A stretch of 64,000 bases of DNA from Octopus vulgaris (GCA_951406725.2 OX597822.1:89156001-89220000); one strand, 5' to 3'; counted from the stretch's first letter, positions 1-13,338 are shown. Notes: a model not told the origin generated them from the letters alone. Program-made: numbers and translations.

Positions 1-427
1 TGATGGATTTGAAAAATTAAAATGTATAATCCAGTGGCACATGCTGGATTGACCTTAGGTTTATATGCTTAATCTTGGCATACCTGTTGATGAAGACTTC
101 GCCTGGTAAATTATTTTATTTGCTAAAAAAAGTCAGAAACCATGGTCCAAGAAATAGATGGTAAATGTTTTTATTTTTTTCATTCCCTTCGAGAATTTAT
201 CCCTAATTAGTGGTTTGGACTTTAGCTGTTCCTTCTTGCATAAGGGTGTCCGATGATGAATACCTCTTAATATGTTTAAATGTACACTGTATTTTATATG
301 AATAATATATAGTCTATTGACTTATTTTTCTATATGCCCAGGCAATTCTTATTCTAGTGGTAACGCTCTCCGATTTCTAAAATCTTTATTACTCTGACAT
401 TATTAATTATATATGTGTGTGTGTATG

Positions 428-478
<51 letters not shown>

Positions 479-1326
479 ATCATTATTAATAAATTTTCAA
501 GGTAGCAAAATATTATTTAGAAATTTTTTTGCTACCAGTGGTCTAGTGTGAAGAAAAAACTAGTCAATAGACTATATATTATTCATATAAATACAGTGTA
601 CATAACAGGACATCTAACCCGCTAGAAGGAGTAGTTAAAATCCAAACCACTATAAGGGGTAATTTTGAAAAAGAATGAAAAATAAAGACATTTACCATCT
701 ATTTCTTGTACCATGGTTTCAAGCTGTCTTCAGCAAATAGAATAATTTGCTAGGCACAGCTATTATCAGCAGGAAAGCCAAGATTAACATATAAATACGA
801 GGCAATACAGAAATGCCTCGTGATTACATTTTATAATTTTTCAAATCCACCGCGCAAATGCAGATTTTTTTATTGGCAGCAAATAGAAAAAATGCCAATT
901 TCTTCCAGTTTAGTCAAAAAATCCTTATTAATAAATTTCAGGGTAGCAAAAAATTATTTAGAAATTTTTTTGCTACTAGTGGTCTAGCATGAAGAAAAAA
1001 AACTAGTCAATAGACTATATATAAATACAGTGTACATTTAAACACATAAGAGATAGCCATAATAGGCCATAGGTGAAAAATTTTGGAAGAAAATTGGCAT
1101 TTTTTCTATTTGCTGCTGATAAAAAAAAATAAATATGTGCTTGCGCGGTGGATTTAAAAATTATAACATGCAAGCACAAGGCATATTCTGTATTGCCTCG
1201 TATTTATATGTTAATCTTGGCTTTCCTGCTGATGATAGCTGCACCTAGCAAATTATTCTATTTGCAGAAGATAGCTTGAAACCATGGTACAGGAAATAGA
1301 TGGAAAATGGTTTTATTTTACATTCC
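1..1326. repeat. Cluster of partial copies of one HHR-bearing, PLE-terminal-like repeat in alternating orientations
   Basis: 1-330 is inverted relative to ~560-850; ~925-1040 directly repeats ~484-603; ~1085-1325 is inverted relative to ~675-906. Three copies carry GAAACCATGGT(A/C) (at ~136 +, ~709-720 -, 1278 +). Confidence 0.75.
1222..1296 (+). ncRNA. Type I hammerhead ribozyme motif, intact core
   Basis: Stem I TTTCCTG 1222-1228/CAGGAAA 1290-1296; CTGATGA 1229-1235; stem II AGCT...AGCT; GAAA 1278-1281; palindromic helix III C-CATG-G; GUA site 1287-1289. Confidence 0.75.
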
Positions 1327-1727
1327 CTGTCACTCAATAATAAAGTTGACCAAAATATCAATTAATATAAAACCTAATTTACTTAAATGTAATACTACTT
1401 AATAAATATGCCACCTAATTATTAAATAATGTATTTTCTAACAAAATTAATTCTCAAATTAAATTATATAAAGGGAATTAGAGAAAGGATAAGATAGAAA
1501 ACAACACAGATGTGTAATGAAAGATTTCCAGACAATAGACATGAGTTAAAATAATAAAATAAGAATGGTAATAAACGAGTGAAGAAAAAAAATATATATT
1601 GCATGTTTATTTGCCAAAAAAATGAAAATATGACCATCCGAATACAACAATATCTGTTTCAACACAGGATTTCACATCAGGAATCTTGCAAAACGAATTG
1701 ATATGTGTGTGTGTGTATCTCTATCTC

Positions 1728-1770
<43 letters not shown>

Positions 1771-1776
1771 GTCCGT

Positions 1777-1816
<40 letters not shown>

Positions 1817-1817
<1 letters not shown>

Positions 1818-2154
1818 AGTGAGGAAACCCCTTTCAGTCATGAATGACCATGGGATTGCACCTAGAAAGTTACCCCACCAGGCACAAGTCCGGGCAAGGT
1901 TATTTGTGGAAGGCTTGCAGTCGCCCATGCATACCAACCTCCCCTCTCCACACCACTGATGTTAACCAAGGGAAAGGCAAAGGCCGATACAGCTCAGTAC
2001 CAGTGATGTCACAACTCATTTCTGCAGCTGAGTGAACTGGAGCAATGTGAAATAAAATGTCTTGCTGAAGAACACAACACACAGCCTGATCCAGGAATTG
2101 AACTCACAACCTCACGATTGTAAGCTCGACGCTCTAACCACTGAGCCATGTGCC
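1817..2154 (-). mobile_element. tRNA-derived SINE
   Basis: Minus strand begins GGCACATGGCTCAGTGGTTAGAGCG...GAGTTCAATTCC (A and B boxes), then a unique body ending in (AT)n. Confidence 0.75.
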
Positions 2155-2166
2155 TTCACATGTATA

Positions 2167-2267
<101 letters not shown>

Positions 2268-2433
2268 GTTGTATACTGTCAATCTAACAAGAACGTGACA
2301 GTAGGGGGTACACCACCGTTGTATAGCCCTAGGAGGCATCGAACGCCTCCTGATAGCTTCAACACATTTTTTCCTGGTGTCCTTATATACATATACGAAG
2401 GGGAGACAAACACCCCCGGCCGCCGGAACTGCA

Positions 2434-2479
2434 TCTAGGGATGCAGTGTTTCAGGATCATTGTCCTTCATCGGCCTAGA
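2434..2479 (-). ncRNA. Hammerhead-like motif (U4C core variant) in a partially tandem-duplicated repeat
   Basis: Minus: TCTAGG-CCGATGA-AGGA caatga TCCT-GAAA-cactgca-TC-CCTAGA; 6-bp stem I and 4-bp stem II. Host repeat shows a ~70-bp direct repeat at 2261-2330 and 4391-4460. Confidence 0.55.
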
Positions 2480-2508
2480 GTAGCAGACACCGGTCGGCTG
2501 GTGATATT

Positions 2509-4260
2509 ATATCTTTATTATGGGCACGATGGCCCTAATTCAGAGGGGACATTACAAGATGGGACATGGGGTACATAAAGTAAAAATAAAATATGAAATA
2601 AAGATGAATTATATGTAATGAGATGGAACGGCTTACGAACCCCCAACTCGCAGTTCCGTTTAAAATACACTTGTACATTTTACAATTACATATATTCCAG
2701 TTCAAAATACAATTTTACATTTTACAATTTTACAATTAACAATTTTACATTTTAACATTACATATATTCCAGTTCTTATATATTGGACGTTCGTCCGTCA
2801 TATATTCTATTAAGTCCATTTGGTCTATTACATTTGGTAAATTGTCATACCGTACATAATGCGTTATATAAATAGCATTAAATATCTTTTTCAATTTTGT
2901 GAATGTTTCTTTTTCTATAACTGCACCTTTTACATCGTCACCATACAGTTTTGGGTTCAACTTCACCCTGACCAACCCTTTCCTACCTGCAAGTCTCTTT
3001 TCCACTTCTGTATCTTTGATATACATCACAAATGCTTTCAGGTTTTTTCCTGCAGGCCTTCTTCCCTTTTTACACGCTTCCAACTGCTCTTTCACTTTTG
3101 TCTCCCATTCTTGGTCAAACTCTGTCCTTGTCTGCTCTCTCGCCTTCTCTTTTACTTCCTTTTCTTTGCACGTTCTCTCTTCTTTTTCTTCTGTTATCTT
3201 GCTTTTGATTTTTTTCTTTTTTAGAACTTTCGGTGGTGATTCCACCCTTGTTCTCTTCCTATCTTCTGTTCTTTCCTCCTCTGCACTTGCTCGTTCTTCT
3301 TCCATATCCTCATTTAGCTGCTCCTCCGTTTGTGCCTCCACTGCTTTCGTTTCCTCCTGTACTTCTCCCTCCTCCACACACGCATCTTTACACTCCTCTA
3401 TTACAGCCTCCGGTGCCTTCGTCTTCTCCAGCGGGCACACATCCTTCATGTGGCCCCTTAATTTACAATGATAGCAGACTGGGGGTCTTCCCTCTATCAC
3501 GACTCTAAGCCGTGTCTCATCAGGGAAGACCAACTCCTCCGGGATGTTGTACAGGTCTCGCACGGTTATATGTGCCAGAACCTGCACCGCATATCCCCAC
3601 CACTTAACCTCTGTTGACTTCTCCACCTTCAACACCTCCACACTATCCTTGCAGTTGAAGACTACTGCCGCTAATAACCTCTCCATATTAAATTCGGGCG
3701 AAATTCTACTAATCCTTATCCTCGCTGCCCTCCTTCCGTAGTAACTTGGTAGTAAAGTCCAACTATCCGTTTTCAAAATTCTTGTTGCATTCTTTCTTGC
3801 ATTCTTTCATTTTCACTTTTAAAATATACCACCACTGTGGCATATCTCCTTCCTCTTTTGAAAAATGTGGGTTCATCCTCAATTAACTTCAGACATTCTT
3901 CTATTTCTTCCGTCTCTGCTGCTTCTATTTTTTTCGATGCCACACACCATGTCCTGTACGTTAACATACACTTCTCCGCGTTGCTTTCTTCCTCTTCGGA
4001 CGGTGTAACTCTCACGCAGTCACCCTCCCTCTTCAAACTGTCGAAATATTTTTCTAAAGTTTTCTGTTCGACCACCACTTCTTCCATTTCCAGTTCACTG
4101 GCAACCAGGCCTCTGCCTGCTGCTCTCGCATAAGTCTGCTCTTGCATTTTCAAAAATCTCCAAAAAAAATTTTTTCCACGTCCTCCAACGAACTCGAACT
4201 CACAACCTCTTCACAATGACGCACTCAAAACAAACACACCAGAATAACCAAAAAAAAGGA
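2509..4260 (-). mobile_element. ORF1-only (half-LINE-like) non-autonomous retroposon with 13-bp TSD
   Basis: GGCTGGTGATATT at 2496-2508 and 4261-4273; AATAAA just inside the 3' end on the minus strand; only an ORF1-type frame inside, no RT or endonuclease. Confidence 0.8.
2745..4147 (-). pseudogene. L1/Tx1-type ORF1 (Gag-like) protein with one frameshift near 3780-3810: RRM-like region, CCHC zinc knuckle, charged coiled region
   Basis: ORFs 3773-4153 and 2745-3776 abut; TYARAA near N-terminus, IPEELVF...VVIEGRPPV-CYHCKLRGHMKDVC (CX2CX4HX4C), E/K-rich tail. Confidence 0.75.
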
Positions 4261-4466
4261 GGCTGGTGATATTTGCCTCGACTTTATAATTGTATATATG
4301 TATACTCAGTGAAGTTTATTCACTGATTATCAAAATAAGAAATATTGAATTTCTAAATCTCTCGTAGAGACATGTACGGTGGTGGGGCGATAGAATGGTT
4401 GTATACTGTCAATCTAACAAGAACATGACAGTAGGGGATACACCACCATTGTATAGCCCCATTGTA

Positions 4467-4510
<44 letters not shown>

Positions 4511-5049
4511 CATACACACAGACACACACACATACGTATGTGTGTATATATATATGCATATATGTATATTGTATTTCAGGATGGTCCTTTTATTTATTTA
4601 TTGCTAAAGAAACACACACACAATATATATTATTAGTGGTCTAATCTATTTTATGTCTATTGTCTGAAAATCTTTTGTCACACATCTATTCTTAGGACAG
4701 CAGCAGCACAATAGGGTTTGAAGATGGGGCTGAGGGGAAGGCCACACTGCTGCTAAAAACTATGGCACACACACAAGTACACATATACACACACACACGT
4801 ACATACACACACACACACACAAACAAAGAAATAAACACATGGGCATATAAGGATACATATCTTAGAAGAACAGAACAGAGTAAGTGGAGCAAGAACATCA
4901 ACAGAAACAAAAAGTGTCACTGAAAGAGGTCACAGATGTGTGACAAAAGATTTCTGGACTGTGGACATAAAATAAATTAGACCAGTAATAAGCAAATGAA
5001 GAAAAAGATATATATATATATATATATAGTGGGTGTGTTTATTTGGCAA

Positions 5050-5080
<31 letters not shown>

Positions 5081-5195
5081 AATGACCATCCTGAAATACA
5101 ACAATATCTGTTTCAACACATGATTTCACATCCAGAATCTTGCAAAACGAATTGATATGTGTGTACATATATGCATATATATATATATATATATT

Positions 5196-5884
5196 CGAAA
5201 TCGAATTGAACCAGCCAGGATCCCTGGTCTGGTGGTACGTAAAAAGCACTATCCGACTCGTGGCCGATGCCAGCACCGCCTCCACTGACTTCCGTGCCGG
5301 TGGCACGTAAAATATACCAATCCGACCATACGACAGGCACCCATGCCAACCCCCTTTGCTTGCGAAGACATGTTGGGGCAAGCGAAAGCAAAATCGAAAT
5401 CGAATTTAACCAGCCAGGATCCCTGGTCTGGTGGTACGTAAAAAGCACTATCCGACTCGTGGCCGATGCCAGCGCTGCCTCGAGTGGCTTCCGTGCCGGT
5501 GGCATATAAAATACACCAATCCGACCATGGCCGTTGCCAGCCTCGCCTGGCACCTGTGCAGGTGGCACGTAAAAAGCACCCACTACACTCACGGAGTGGT
5601 TGGCGTTAGGAAGGGCATCCAGCTGTAGAAACATTGCCAGATAAGACTGAAGCCTGGTGCAGCCTTCTGGCTACCCAGATCCCCGGTTGAACCGTCCAAC
5701 CCATGCTAGCATGGAGAACGGACGTTAAACGATGATGATGATGATGATGATGATGATATATATATATATATATATATATACACTGCCAGATCAGATTGGG
5801 CCTGATGCAGCCTTCTGGCTTCACAGACCCCAGTTGAATGTCCAACCCATGCTAACATGGAAAGTGGATGCTAAATGATGATGA

Positions 5885-5973
<89 letters not shown>

Positions 5974-6030
5974 GTCCAACCCATGCTAGCATGGAAAACG
6001 GACGCTAAACGATGATGATGATGATGATGA
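5196..6030 (+). mobile_element. LINE-3'-end-derived repeat with internal duplication and three stacked (GAT)n tails
   Basis: ~85-bp internal direct repeat at 5196 and 5395; tail CCCATGCTAGCATGGA...AAACGATGATGAT recurs at ~5700, ~5846, ~5980; related tails at ~7580 and ~14107. Confidence 0.65.
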
Positions 6031-6479
6031 TATATATATATATATATATCTAAAACAAAAAAAAGTGAAAAGACTACAGAAGGCTTGTGTTATATGGTTA
6101 AAGAATATATTTAAGTCGTTATGTTAGAAAAATGTTATAAAATTTTGCATATAGCAACATAGTTTTTGGAGAAATAACCGGGTTTCATATTTTCTTTTCA
6201 AATATCTCAAATTTCTTTACTTATATCGAAGAATTTATCAAATAGTTAACGTGAAAAACCTTATGAAGATTTTATCCTATTTTTAAATTGTAAATTTAAC
6301 CGGAGTATATTCAATACTGAATTTTTATTCCGAATAAGCACATTACCAAAATGCAATTCGAAAAAGCCTGCCATTTACATAGATGTATAAGGGGTGAACA
6401 TTTCTATGTACTGCATTAGATATGATGGTTGTTCACCTGGTATGTTGTTTTTGTTCATTCATTATAAATCTTGAATTAT

Positions 6480-6545
6480 GCTTGCACTGAGGAGTAAAGA
6501 GTGCACACCACTGCACTGATTATGAAATCACAGGTGATATGCAGC
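6480..6545 (+). ncRNA. Type I hammerhead ribozyme motif, intact core
   Basis: TGCA 6483-6486/TGCA 6540-6543; CTGAGGA 6487-6493; stem II GTAA/TTAT with inner GTGCA/TGCAC; GAAA 6524-6527; helix III TCAC/GTGA; AUA site 6537-6539. Confidence 0.7.
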
Positions 6546-6753
6546 TGAATTCTGTTTTTAAATTACTTGCTTCAAAAATTGCATTTGGTTCGATATGTTT
6601 ATTTATTTTAGTAGTTTTGACTTTAAGAGTCCCTCCTAGCATGTGGCATTTATGTGTAATAATGCCCTCTATATAATATACATATCTATCTATCTATCTA
6701 TATATATATATCTATCTATATATATATATATCTATCTATATATATATATATAT

Positions 6754-6905
6754 AGTTTCCGTCTATCAAATCCACTCATGGAGATTTGGTTAGCCTGAGG
6801 CTATCGTAGAAGAGACTTGCCCAAGTTGGCATGCAGTGGGACTGAACCTGGAACCATGTGGTTGGGAAGTAAACTTCTTACTATACAGCCATGCCTGTGC
6901 CTGTA
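6754..6905 (-). mobile_element. SINE family A, 5' part
   Basis: Reverse complement of the head at 41068-41220. Confidence 0.7.
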
Positions 6906-9879
6906 TGTATATATATATTTTTTTTCCTTTAAATTTCCATCTGAGGACTGTGGTCATGCTGGGGCACTACCTTTTACTTTGCTACACTTTCAGTAAACCT
7001 CCTCTGATATGTGAAATAAGGTAGTTGAAGGAGTTTGATGTTGCTGCTCTCATCTGTGTTTCTTAACTTGTGGTAGTTTCATCCCAAACTCTTGACAGAA
7101 GGTGATCCAGTTTTGCTTTGAAAAAGCCTACAGCCACACCATACAGGTCTCTGACATATATGCATACACATGTAGGTCATGCCATGCAAGTCTCACACAT
7201 ATATGCTTACATATGCACACACACACACACACACACACACAAGCTTACTTCCCAACCATATTGTTCTAGTTTCAGTCTCACTGTGTGGCACACTGGGCTA
7301 ATACTTTCTACTATACCTTTGGTATGAACATAGATTTGTGAATGGATTTGGTACATGGAAACTGAAAGAAGCCTGTTGTGTGTGAGTACTCTCATCTTGC
7401 TGTTATACGATGTTTGTGAATCAGCAACATTGTCATACAAATGAAGTTGTTTGTATCCAATCTCCTGTGAAAGATATATCTGTCCATGAAGGAATATTAC
7501 CTTGAATGGAAACTAGTGAGGTTAGTGACAGGGAGGGCATCCAGCCATAAAAAATCTGCATCAACAAATTCCATCTGACCCATGCAAGCATGGAAAAGTG
7601 GCTGTTAAATGATGATGAATATGGCCTTTTTGAACCAACCTAAATGTTTGTTTACTCACAACATTGCTTTCACATGCCGACTACAATATTTTGTTCAAGT
7701 TGAGATGGTGTCACATATAATTAGCTTGTGTTTTGATACTGATTTACTTGCAAGGAAATTAAGGTTTCCAAATCATTTCTAGGTTGTCTTTCATGTGGTA
7801 CATGGTGGTGATGATAGCCAAGAAACTAAAAATCCATTCACGGCACTGCCAGAGAGTGTCTTAAAATGACTGTTGGTATTTTTAACATCTATTGACTAAA
7901 GCAAGAATTTTTCTCAGTGGTAAACAGCAGAGAATATGGCCTTTGTACTGGCCAGATATGTCCCAAACACATTTGAACTGATTTAAATGCCTAATCATTT
8001 ACTAAAATAATAAGCAAGCAATTGGGAATACAAAGCTCAGTTCTTCCTGTGAGCTAAGAGATGGTAAGCCACAGTATATTTATTTTCTCTTAAATCACTT
8101 CAACTTTTCAAAATTTTCAGTAAATGCCCCAACAGTTTAGTGAGTTAAAGAATGAGATCTTAAAAAACAAGTCCAGTCTTTCTAGTTTATGAAGTCAACA
8201 AAATTGATCAGGATTTCTACATGTATACCTGTCTTGACATGAATTCACATTCTTCATATTAGATGTGTTGAAATTAAAATAAAAAATAGATTAGTTGCAA
8301 ATTCATGTCATTAGTTTTGTGAAAGATTGTGTTGGAGTAGTTCTTTTTTTACTTAAGAAATTAATTGAAAGAAATTAAAAGCATCAACAATATTTATGAC
8401 AATAACAGCTACAGCAACAACAATAAAACCCAGTATCAAGAAAAACAATGACATCAATAAGAAAACAAATAATGTTGGCTAAAACAACAGTGCCAAATAA
8501 AGATACAAAAAGAGAAAAATGATGCTAAACTTAATAGAGTTGATGTTAGAGGTAAATTAAAGGAGGCTGCGCTTTCACTTAAAATAGAATGACAAAGAAG
8601 TAGAGACTGACAGATAGTTAATACGTAAAATAACAAGTCGAAGCATCAAAATAGAAATGCTACCGTTGATGCTGGTAGTCAAGTATTGACATGTCCAACA
8701 TTTGAAGAGACAATAGTTCACACAACACTCTCCTTGAACAATCTAGAATATATCAACATTTCAGGATGATAACTTATTTGATTTATTGATGGTCTAACTA
8801 CTTTACAGTTCTATGTTGTTTCCATAGATGCTGCTTTTCTCTCTCTCTCTCACTCTTTCTTTCTTTCTTTCTTTCTTTCTTTCACCCCCCCCCCCATACA
8901 CGCACGTCCACAAACATTATATATTAATGTTTGCTTTTTGTCAAGCAATGCAAGTAAGCTGAAACTGTGGCGTCTGCTAACCTTTTCCTTATTAAAATTA
9001 ATGTGTGTGTGTCTTATCTTGTTTCACTCACTGGGCTGTGGCTTTGCTGGGGCATAGCCTTTAGATATATATATATCTATAATATACGTGTGTGTGTGTG
9101 TGTGTGTGTGTGTGTATTCAGCCTGTATTTATCTTGGTCTTTCTTACAAGTGACCCCCTCCTATTTCACTATAACTTGTTTTAATTTTGTTATTTTCTTT
9201 TACAACATCAGACTTTTCTGCAAATAGTTTCTTATCTCCGTCATCCATAATTCATTTTCTGTTTGATTTTTCTCCAATATTTTCAAATATTTTGTCTTCT
9301 CATCTATCTTAATGAATCTCACTTTCCTCCTTCTCTCCCTCCCTCTGCCTACTTTTTCATATGTTTATTTTGTTTATTTCCTCTATTATATACACCTCTA
9401 CTGCCCTGCAACAACATGCAGTTCACCATTTGTAAAAAGTGCAAAACCTTGATTTATTAACTTTTTAACTATTCACTTTTACCTTTTCATAAATTTTCTG
9501 TCAGTGTAGCCTTGGATCTTATCAACCATGTTGCTCAACCATATGTTCTGCAGAATGGCACAGTGAAGGTCCCTCAGTGCTACTTCATTTGCTGAGGACT
9601 GGGTCACTGAGGTGGGTTTTAAGGGAAGTGTTTTTCATTGAGCAACTGCTTGGTCTGCAGGTAATTCTCATCAAATCAATTTTTATTCTTCCTGGCAGTC
9701 TTTATGCATCCAAGATACTTTATGATGATATTGTATATTGTCTCATGAAGTGTTTCCCATGCTGCTGTCACATCCAGATTTCCCTGTATGATGTAATCAG
9801 GCAGTCTTGCAGAGTGTCAGAAAATTTGTAGAAAGGCAGATTTTCCCTTTAAGATGTTTTGGTGTTTTCATACATTCTT

Positions 9880-10157
9880 TTATTCTTTTACACATTTCAG
9901 TCATTTATGGGGACATAAACATACCACCGTTGGTTGTCAAGCAATGGTGGGGGTGACAAACGCAGACACAAAGACACACGCATAAATATATATATATATG
10001 ACAGACTTCTTTCAGTTTCCATCTAACAAATCCACTCACAAGGCTTTGGTCGGCCTGGGGCTATAGTAGAAGACACTTGCCAAGGTGTCACACAGTGACG
10101 CTGAACCAGGAACCATGTGGTTAGGAAGCAAGTTTCTTACCACACAGTCATACCTGT
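9880..10157 (-). mobile_element. SINE family A, internally deleted
   Basis: Matches 41068-41520 in reverse (CAAATCCACTCACAAGGCTTTGGTCGGCC...GGAACCATGTGG). Confidence 0.75.
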
Positions 10158-11066
10158 GGAAGTCTTTTTGGTTGGACACAAAATTGGAGCTTCATGACAA
10201 TTAAGTGGTGGTCAGTCCAACACTCTGCATCACACATGGTTCTCATGACTCATTCATCCTGCCTGTTCTCTTTCCTCATAATGATAGTTGATAAGATGCC
10301 ACTGCTGTGAGTCAGCATACATTCATGATGTCCTGATACAGGTAGAAAAGCAGAAGACTGTTTGCAATCACAAGACCATGTTCTGTGCAAAGATGCTGCA
10401 GTTGCTGACCCATAATTTCCAGTCACTCCATCCAAGGAGTGCCGCAGCAACTAATTCTCACATTGAAGTTTACTGAGAGTGATGAGCTTGTCTGTATTGG
10501 TATTAGTGATGGTAAAACTTTTAAAGTCTTTATAGGACTTATTGCTGAGTGTGTCTGGGTTGATCATAGTGGGGACATAAGTACTGACAATGGTATTGAA
10601 ATTCTACCTATTAAAAAGTGGAAGCTTCATCATTAGATGATTGTTTTTGCTTTATGAGATGTGGTGCGTGGGATATCTGTTTTCCAACAAACAGCGTTTT
10701 CATTACAAAGCCATTTCCAGCCTTGTGTCTCTCTTTGAGACCACATTCAATCTAGAAAGAATGTAGCCGCCACTTTTTCCACAGAGTTTGCCCTCTCCGA
10801 TGAGAGTTATATGTCATTAGGGTAACCTATAACAAATCTATTAAGAAGCATGTAAATGCTCCATGTAGTGAGATTCAGAAGTGTTATTCATAATGTCATT
10901 CTTGTCGCTAGATTTCAGCTGCATGAATAGGGTCCCAACTAGCTGCCTGTACTTGTATGTATGTATGTATGTATGTATGTATGTATGTATGTATGTATGT
11001 ATGTATGTATGTATGTATGTATGTACGTACGTACGTACGTATGTATGTACATATGTATGTATGTAT

Positions 11067-11455
11067 GACAGTCCCTATCTGAAAGTTTTGGATTTCTTCC
11101 GGAGTTTTGTTTCGACAAGGAGGTTTTTCCCTCTTTCTCAAAGGCTGTCATTACTTTTGAGACAGTACTTCTTGATACACCAAATATTTCAGCTGTTTTT
11201 GTTACACTAGCGCCTGCCATACGAGTACCAACAATTTGACCTCTTTGAAAGTCTGATAGATTTGTCATTTTAATGAATTTTAATTAGCTTTTTCTGATGA
11301 TATCTGAAAAGAAACAGTAATTTTAGCAAAACATATTAAGCAACACTAATAATAAATAAAAAAAACATAAAAATAAACAAACTTTTGATGGTTTTATAAA
11401 TATTTCAAAATTATGATGCTATGATGCTAGGTGTTTCCATTATTTTGTCCAACCC

Positions 11456-11460
<5 letters not shown>
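11067..11460 (-). mobile_element. Tc1 transposon 5' fragment (TIR plus N-terminal HTH)
   Basis: TA+CAGGGGTTGGACAAAATAATGGAAACACC TIR; ORF MTNLSDFQRGQIVG...GVSRSTVSKV...SGRNPKLSDRD (paired-like HTH, GRPR-like motif). Confidence 0.85.
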
Positions 11461-11535
<75 letters not shown>

Positions 11536-12572
11536 GCATCCTTTTTGTCTCGGGAGACAATGGAGTCTACCTATATATATTATACACACACATATATATA
11601 TATAACTAATTTAGAGATGAACCACCACTCCACAACTCAGTCAATGAGTTTTTATTTTAATATAAGTTTTATGTTTAACTTTTTTATTGTGTGATATATT
11701 TAATCTATAGATATTATACATAGATATTAATATAATTAGTTTTTATAATGGATTTGAGTATATTTGAACTTTTTCTAATTTTTGATTGTATTATTCATGA
11801 TGAGTTATTGTATTGGGTATATTAATTAGATGCTAAAACGTATTAATACATTTAAAATCCAGATAGATTAACTTAATCATTGAGCTTAGTAACTTAGTTT
11901 GTTTATCAATATTAGTTAGATCTTATTATTTTGAGTTTGATTGTTCTTATTATTATTATTGTTTTTGACTGGTTTGGTAGAAGACTGGTGATTGTGATTG
12001 TAAATCTTCATAGTGTATTGTTCATTGGTTCTAATATTTTGGCACCTTTCTTTAATTTTGGGGCTGTAATGTTTTCTTAGTTTCCATTAACATATTATTC
12101 TCGCCATTATATCTTTTTATATGCATTGATAAATATAAGTTATGATAGATATTAATTCTTATATCTCTTTATTTGGTGTGTGTTTTTTTAAATAAAATAT
12201 ATTTTTATATATATATATAAAAGGATCTAACATATTACATTTAATTTTATTTAAGAATTAATTTCGTCAGACAATATATTATTTAATTACTAGGTGACAC
12301 ATTTATTATGTAATATTAATTTTAAGTTAATTAGGTATTATATTATTTGATATTTAGTCAACTTTGTTATAGATTGATATATTAAATCTATAGATACTAC
12401 ATATGCATATTTATTATATAGTTAGCTTATTTAAGGAGTTTGTCTATATTTGAACCATTTCTTATTTTGATTACAATTTAATGACTTGTAATAGCATTGT
12501 GTACTTTAATTAATTTTAAAGTTTTTAATAATTGAAGTATTGTTTTAGGTTTCACTTATGTATATTTAGTAT

Positions 12573-12616
<44 letters not shown>

Positions 12617-12658
12617 GTATATTAATTAATTAATTATTTTATTATTCTAGTTTATTTT

Positions 12659-12747
12659 TAACCTGATGAGTGACTATATTTATATCGAAGTGATTTTACT
12701 ACTACTATAATCATTTCTTAAATATAGCCATGAAACACGTGTCATTA
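12659..12747 (+). ncRNA. Hammerhead motif with long stem II and weak stem I, in an AT-rich PLE-like terminal repeat
   Basis: CTGATGA 12663-12669; GTGACTATATTTA/TAAATATAGCCAT; GAAA-C-ACGT-G-TC 12732-12743; stem I TAAC/ATTA has a mismatch at the closing pair. Confidence 0.6.
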
Positions 12748-12997
12748 TTCTACCAATTATATACGTTTTTATTATTTTTTTGAAATTTACTTAATCATTG
12801 AAATTTTATTGTTATTTTAATTTTAATATTTCTAATATATGTAATTTTCTGGATGGTGTAATTTAATTGTTCATTTTGAATTGATAAAAGGTGGGTTTTT
12901 TTCTAATTTTTTTATATTTATATTATATTGTGTGAAATTTGATTTAGTATTTCTAAATTGAATTCTTTTCCTGTAAGTTTGGATTTATATTCCCTCA

Positions 12998-13055
<58 letters not shown>

Positions 13056-13059
<4 letters not shown>

Positions 13060-13300
13060 TCCCAGACCGGGCGTTGTGAGTGTTTATTGAGCGAAAACAC
13101 CTAAAGCTCCACGAGGCTCCGGCAGGGGGTGGTGGCGATCCCTGCTGTACTCTTTCACCACAACTTTCTCTCACTCTTTCTTCTGTTGGCCTGCTCGCTT
13201 AGCCAGCGGGGTGGCATCACTTGAAGGCTAAAACAATGCGAAGTGCATTGTGACCAGCGATGTGTTACAACATCTGATGGCCTGGTCGGTCACGGTGATA
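13056..13300 (+). mobile_element. SINE family B, 5'-truncated, inserted in (AT)n
   Basis: Near-identical to 41645-41888. Confidence 0.8.
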
Positions 13301-13338
13301 TATATATATATATATATATATAAATATATATATACATA

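Noticed and set aside
2859-4133. Plus-strand ORFs over the ORF1 element
   Set aside because: Antisense shadows of the purine-rich minus-strand ORF.
5196-5580. CRISPR-like repeated GGTGGCACGTAAAA units
   Set aside because: Irregular spacing, related spacers, eukaryotic context, no cas genes; internal repeats of a retroelement 3' region.
10200-10640. Possible Helitron helicase relic (SSGILSTII)
   Set aside because: Only a few residues resemble the motif and no Walker A is present.
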